In this document: in pieces, positions 25,917 to 28,726 of the stretch | Numbering within the stretch: the stretch's first letter is position 1 | How the letters are laid out: every line of letters starts with the position of its first letter | From: Candidatus Micrarchaeaceae archaeon | GTDB lineage: Archaea > Micrarchaeota > Micrarchaeia > Micrarchaeales > Micrarchaeaceae | DNA: 28,726 nucleotides | Assembly: GCA_050013715.1 (NCBI GenBank) | Contig: JBEKES010000008.1 | Span: 1 to 28,726, forward strand | Direction of reading: 5' to 3' | Position numbers and translations under genes: made by a program | Notes under the pieces: model-generated | Told to the model about the DNA's origin: nothing | The model's input: the letters and a program-made list of their open reading frames with translations, nothing else | Databases searched by the model: none

Positions 25917-26891
25917 ATGGTAGTGTTAGGAATAGAGAGCAGTGCACACACTCTTGGCATTGGAATAGTAGACAATGGCAAAATATTGGCGAACGAAAGG
26001 AACATGTACAAAATAACAGATAAAGGAATAATTCCAAGCAAGGTATCTGATTTCCATGCAAACAATGTAAGAAAAACACTTGAAGCTGCACTGAAAAGCG
26101 CAAAACTATCAATAAGCGAAATAGACGCAATAGGCTATACAAAAGGACCAGGTATAGGCTCTTGCCTTCAAATAGGTTATATTGCAGCAAAGTCAATTTC
26201 GCAAAGATACAAAATACCTATTTTCCCGGTAAATCACGGAGTTGCGCACATAGAAATTACAAAGAATATTTTCAAGATGAAAGATCCAATAGCATTGTAT
26301 GTTAGTGGTGGAAATTCCCAGATACTTGCATTGCTGGACAAACCGAAAAAGCATTATCACATTTATGGAGAGACATTTGACATAGGGATAGGAAACATGC
26401 TCGATTCTTTTGCAAGAGAGGCAAAACTCAATCCAGCATGGGGTTCAAATGTCGCAAAGACAGCAATAGGAGGAAAATACATTCAAATGCCCTACACAGT
26501 AAAAGGAATGGATTTCACATTTACAGGATTGCTTACCAATGCAATTGAGTCTCTTAAGAAAAACCCAACAAAGGATGTTGCATATTCATTGCAAGAAACA
26601 GCATTCGCAATGCTGTGTGAAGCAACTGAGCGTGCACTTTTCCTAACCAAGAAAAAAGAGATTATACTTTGTGGAGGAGTTGCACAAAGCCAAAGATTGC
26701 AGCAAATGCTGAAGATAATTTCAAAAGAGCACAAAACAAGATTTGCGGTTGCGCCAAATGAATTCAACGCAGACAACGGTGCGATGATTGCAATTGTTGC
26801 GGAAAAATTGTTCAACTCAAAAGTTAAAATACATGAATCGGAATGCACAATAAACCAGAAATACAAGATAGATGAGGTGTTGGTTGCATGA
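25917..26891 (+). CDS. kae1: KEOPS t6A synthase Kae1
   Basis: LGIESSAHT, YTKGPG, VNHGVAHIE, YVSGGNSQ, GETFDIGIGN, PYTVKGMD and DNGAMIA. Confidence 0.97.
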   Translation: MVVLGIESSAHTLGIGIVDNGKILANERNMYKITDKGIIPSKVSDFHANNVRKTLEAALKSAKLSISEIDAIGYTKGPGIGSCLQIGYIAAKSISQRYKIPIFPVNHGVAHIEITKNIFKMKDPIALYVSGGNSQILALLDKPKKHYHIYGETFDIGIGNMLDSFAREAKLNPAWGSNVAKTAIGGKYIQMPYTVKGMDFTFTGLLTNAIESLKKNPTKDVAYSLQETAFAMLCEATERALFLTKKKEIILCGGVAQSQRLQQMLKIISKEHKTRFAVAPNEFNADNGAMIAIVAEKLFNSKVKIHESECTINQKYKIDEVLVA

Positions 26892-27505
26892 ACAAGATTT
26901 CAGAGGGGGCAGAGGCATACATTTATTCGACTGATTTTCTAGGCTTAGATGCAATTATCAAAAAAAGAATCATCAAAAAATACAGAGCTAAGGAAATTGA
27001 TGAGAACATAAGAATTCTGCGTACAAGAAACGAGGCAAAAATACTTTCAGCTGTTTCTAATCTTGGTTTGAAATCATCAAAGCTGCTGCTTGTTGACAAA
27101 TACGATATTTATATGACAAAAATAAACGGACTTATGCTGAATAATCTTCTTTCCTCAGGTAAAAAAATAAATAATTTAAGCGGAATGTTTGTTTTGCTTG
27201 GAAATTATCTTGCAATATTGCACAACAACAACATCGTGCATGGGGATTATACACCTGCAAACGTAATGATTGGCAAAAATGGCAATTTATTTGTAATAGA
27301 TTTCGGGCTTTCGCAGATAACAAATTCAATAGAAGAAAAATCTTTGGATGTTCTGCTCATGAAACGCTCCATAGATAAAAAGAATTTTGGTATCTTCCTT
27401 GAAAGCTACAGGAATATTTGCAAAGAAAATAAAGAAGTGCTGAAAAGATTAAAAGAAATAGAAAAAAGAGGAAGATACAACACCAGAACCATCTTAGTAA
27501 ACTAA
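26888..27505 (+). CDS. bud32: KEOPS kinase/ATPase Bud32
   Basis: GAEA, KKYR, RTRNEA, HGD.T..N, IDFGL and C-terminal RGRY. ATGA overlap with kae1. Confidence 0.95.
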   Translation: MNKISEGAEAYIYSTDFLGLDAIIKKRIIKKYRAKEIDENIRILRTRNEAKILSAVSNLGLKSSKLLLVDKYDIYMTKINGLMLNNLLSSGKKINNLSGMFVLLGNYLAILHNNNIVHGDYTPANVMIGKNGNLFVIDFGLSQITNSIEEKSLDVLLMKRSIDKKNFGIFLESYRNICKENKEVLKRLKEIEKRGRYNTRTILVN

Positions 27506-27549
27506 GATTGATAAAATACTAAAGTATAGAAACATTTATATATGTATAT

Positions 27550-27568
27550 TCCCACAATATTAGTGGGA
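27550..27568. promoter_or_regulatory. Palindromic operator of the vapBC operon
   Basis: TCCCAC-N7-GTGGGA between the TTTATATA box and the antitoxin ATG. Confidence 0.6.
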
Positions 27569-27573
27569 TAATT

Positions 27574-27828
27574 ATGGCTTTAATAAGAGTAGATCAAAAG
27601 ATGAGAGTGAGGCTACCTAAACACGTTAGCAAGAAATTTAAGCTAAAGAGTAAAGAGATTTTGGATGTTGAGATAAAGGGTGATGAGATACACTTAAGCA
27701 GACCTAAAAATTTCGATATAAACAGCGATCCTGTAATAAGGGACATGGTAGAACGGCCCATGCATTCAAAAATAAAAATAACAGGAAAACTGTTGGAAAA
27801 GTGGAAAGAAGAGATGTGGAATCCATGA
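27574..27828 (+). CDS. vapB: AbrB/MazE/SpoVT-type antitoxin
   Basis: VDQKMRVRLPKHV.KKF.L...L.VE......I.L pattern. Overlaps the PIN toxin start. Confidence 0.8.
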   Translation: MALIRVDQKMRVRLPKHVSKKFKLKSKEILDVEIKGDEIHLSRPKNFDINSDPVIRDMVERPMHSKIKITGKLLEKWKEEMWNP

Positions 27829-28226
27829 TAATAGTAGATGCTAATATATTTATTTTTGGAGAAACAGAATTAGCGCCGGAACATGAAATGGCAATACTAA
27901 AATACAAAAGGGCGTGTGAAAGTGACAGAATAGGTACAAATGCAATAATATTATCAGAAGTATTTCATTTTTCTAGAAAAATAAGCGGATTGGGTGGAGC
28001 TGCTTACAGGGTCGAGAATATTTTGAATAGTTCTTTTGTTGATTTTCTAGATTTTACCCCAGAATCTATGATAAAAGCAGTAAAATTAGCAAGGGATTTC
28101 CAAATGAGAATAAATGATGCTTTGATAGCACAACATGCAATCCAAAATGATGCCTCTATTTTGACAGATAATGTAAAAGACTTCAAAAAAATAAAGTCTA
28201 TAAAGATAATTCCATTAAGGAACTAA
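27825..28226 (+). CDS. vapC: PIN-domain toxin
   Basis: IVDANIF, LSEV, NDALIAQHA and LTDNVKDF acidic motifs. ATG 27825 overlaps the antitoxin TGA. Confidence 0.92.
   Translation: MIIVDANIFIFGETELAPEHEMAILKYKRACESDRIGTNAIILSEVFHFSRKISGLGGAAYRVENILNSSFVDFLDFTPESMIKAVKLARDFQMRINDALIAQHAIQNDASILTDNVKDFKKIKSIKIIPLRN

Positions 28227-28726
<500 letters not shown>

Overview
Archaeal chromosomal segment, most consistent with a DPANN archaeon such as Candidatus Micrarchaeota (inferred from gene content, archaeal TATA/SD signals and protein style, not from a database search). The housekeeping backbone is rps19e-PDCD5-rpl39e-rpl31e-aIF6-(insert)-pfdA-ftsY, lonB-top6A, rpl29-aIF1, kae1-bud32, a partial dys, a HemK2-type methyltransferase and an intron-containing tRNA-Ser(TGA). 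It is interspersed with orphan genes, surface proteins, a HerA-like ATPase-nuclease fusion, a TadA-like ATPase and a VapBC pair. No CRISPR array, rRNA, transposase or integrase was seen. Top candidates for new biology: (1) a divergently transcribed ~55-nt structured RNA complementary to the ribosome-binding site and start codon of the neighbouring orphan ORF; (2) a 40-nt tRNA intron that looks like a minimal box C/D guide aimed at U34 of its own tRNA; (3) a secreted protein resembling an outer-membrane beta-barrel; (4) rpl29 apparently starting at AUC directly upstream of the start-codon fidelity factor aIF1; (5) an ArsR-HTH/transmembrane/Cys-rich one-component sensor.
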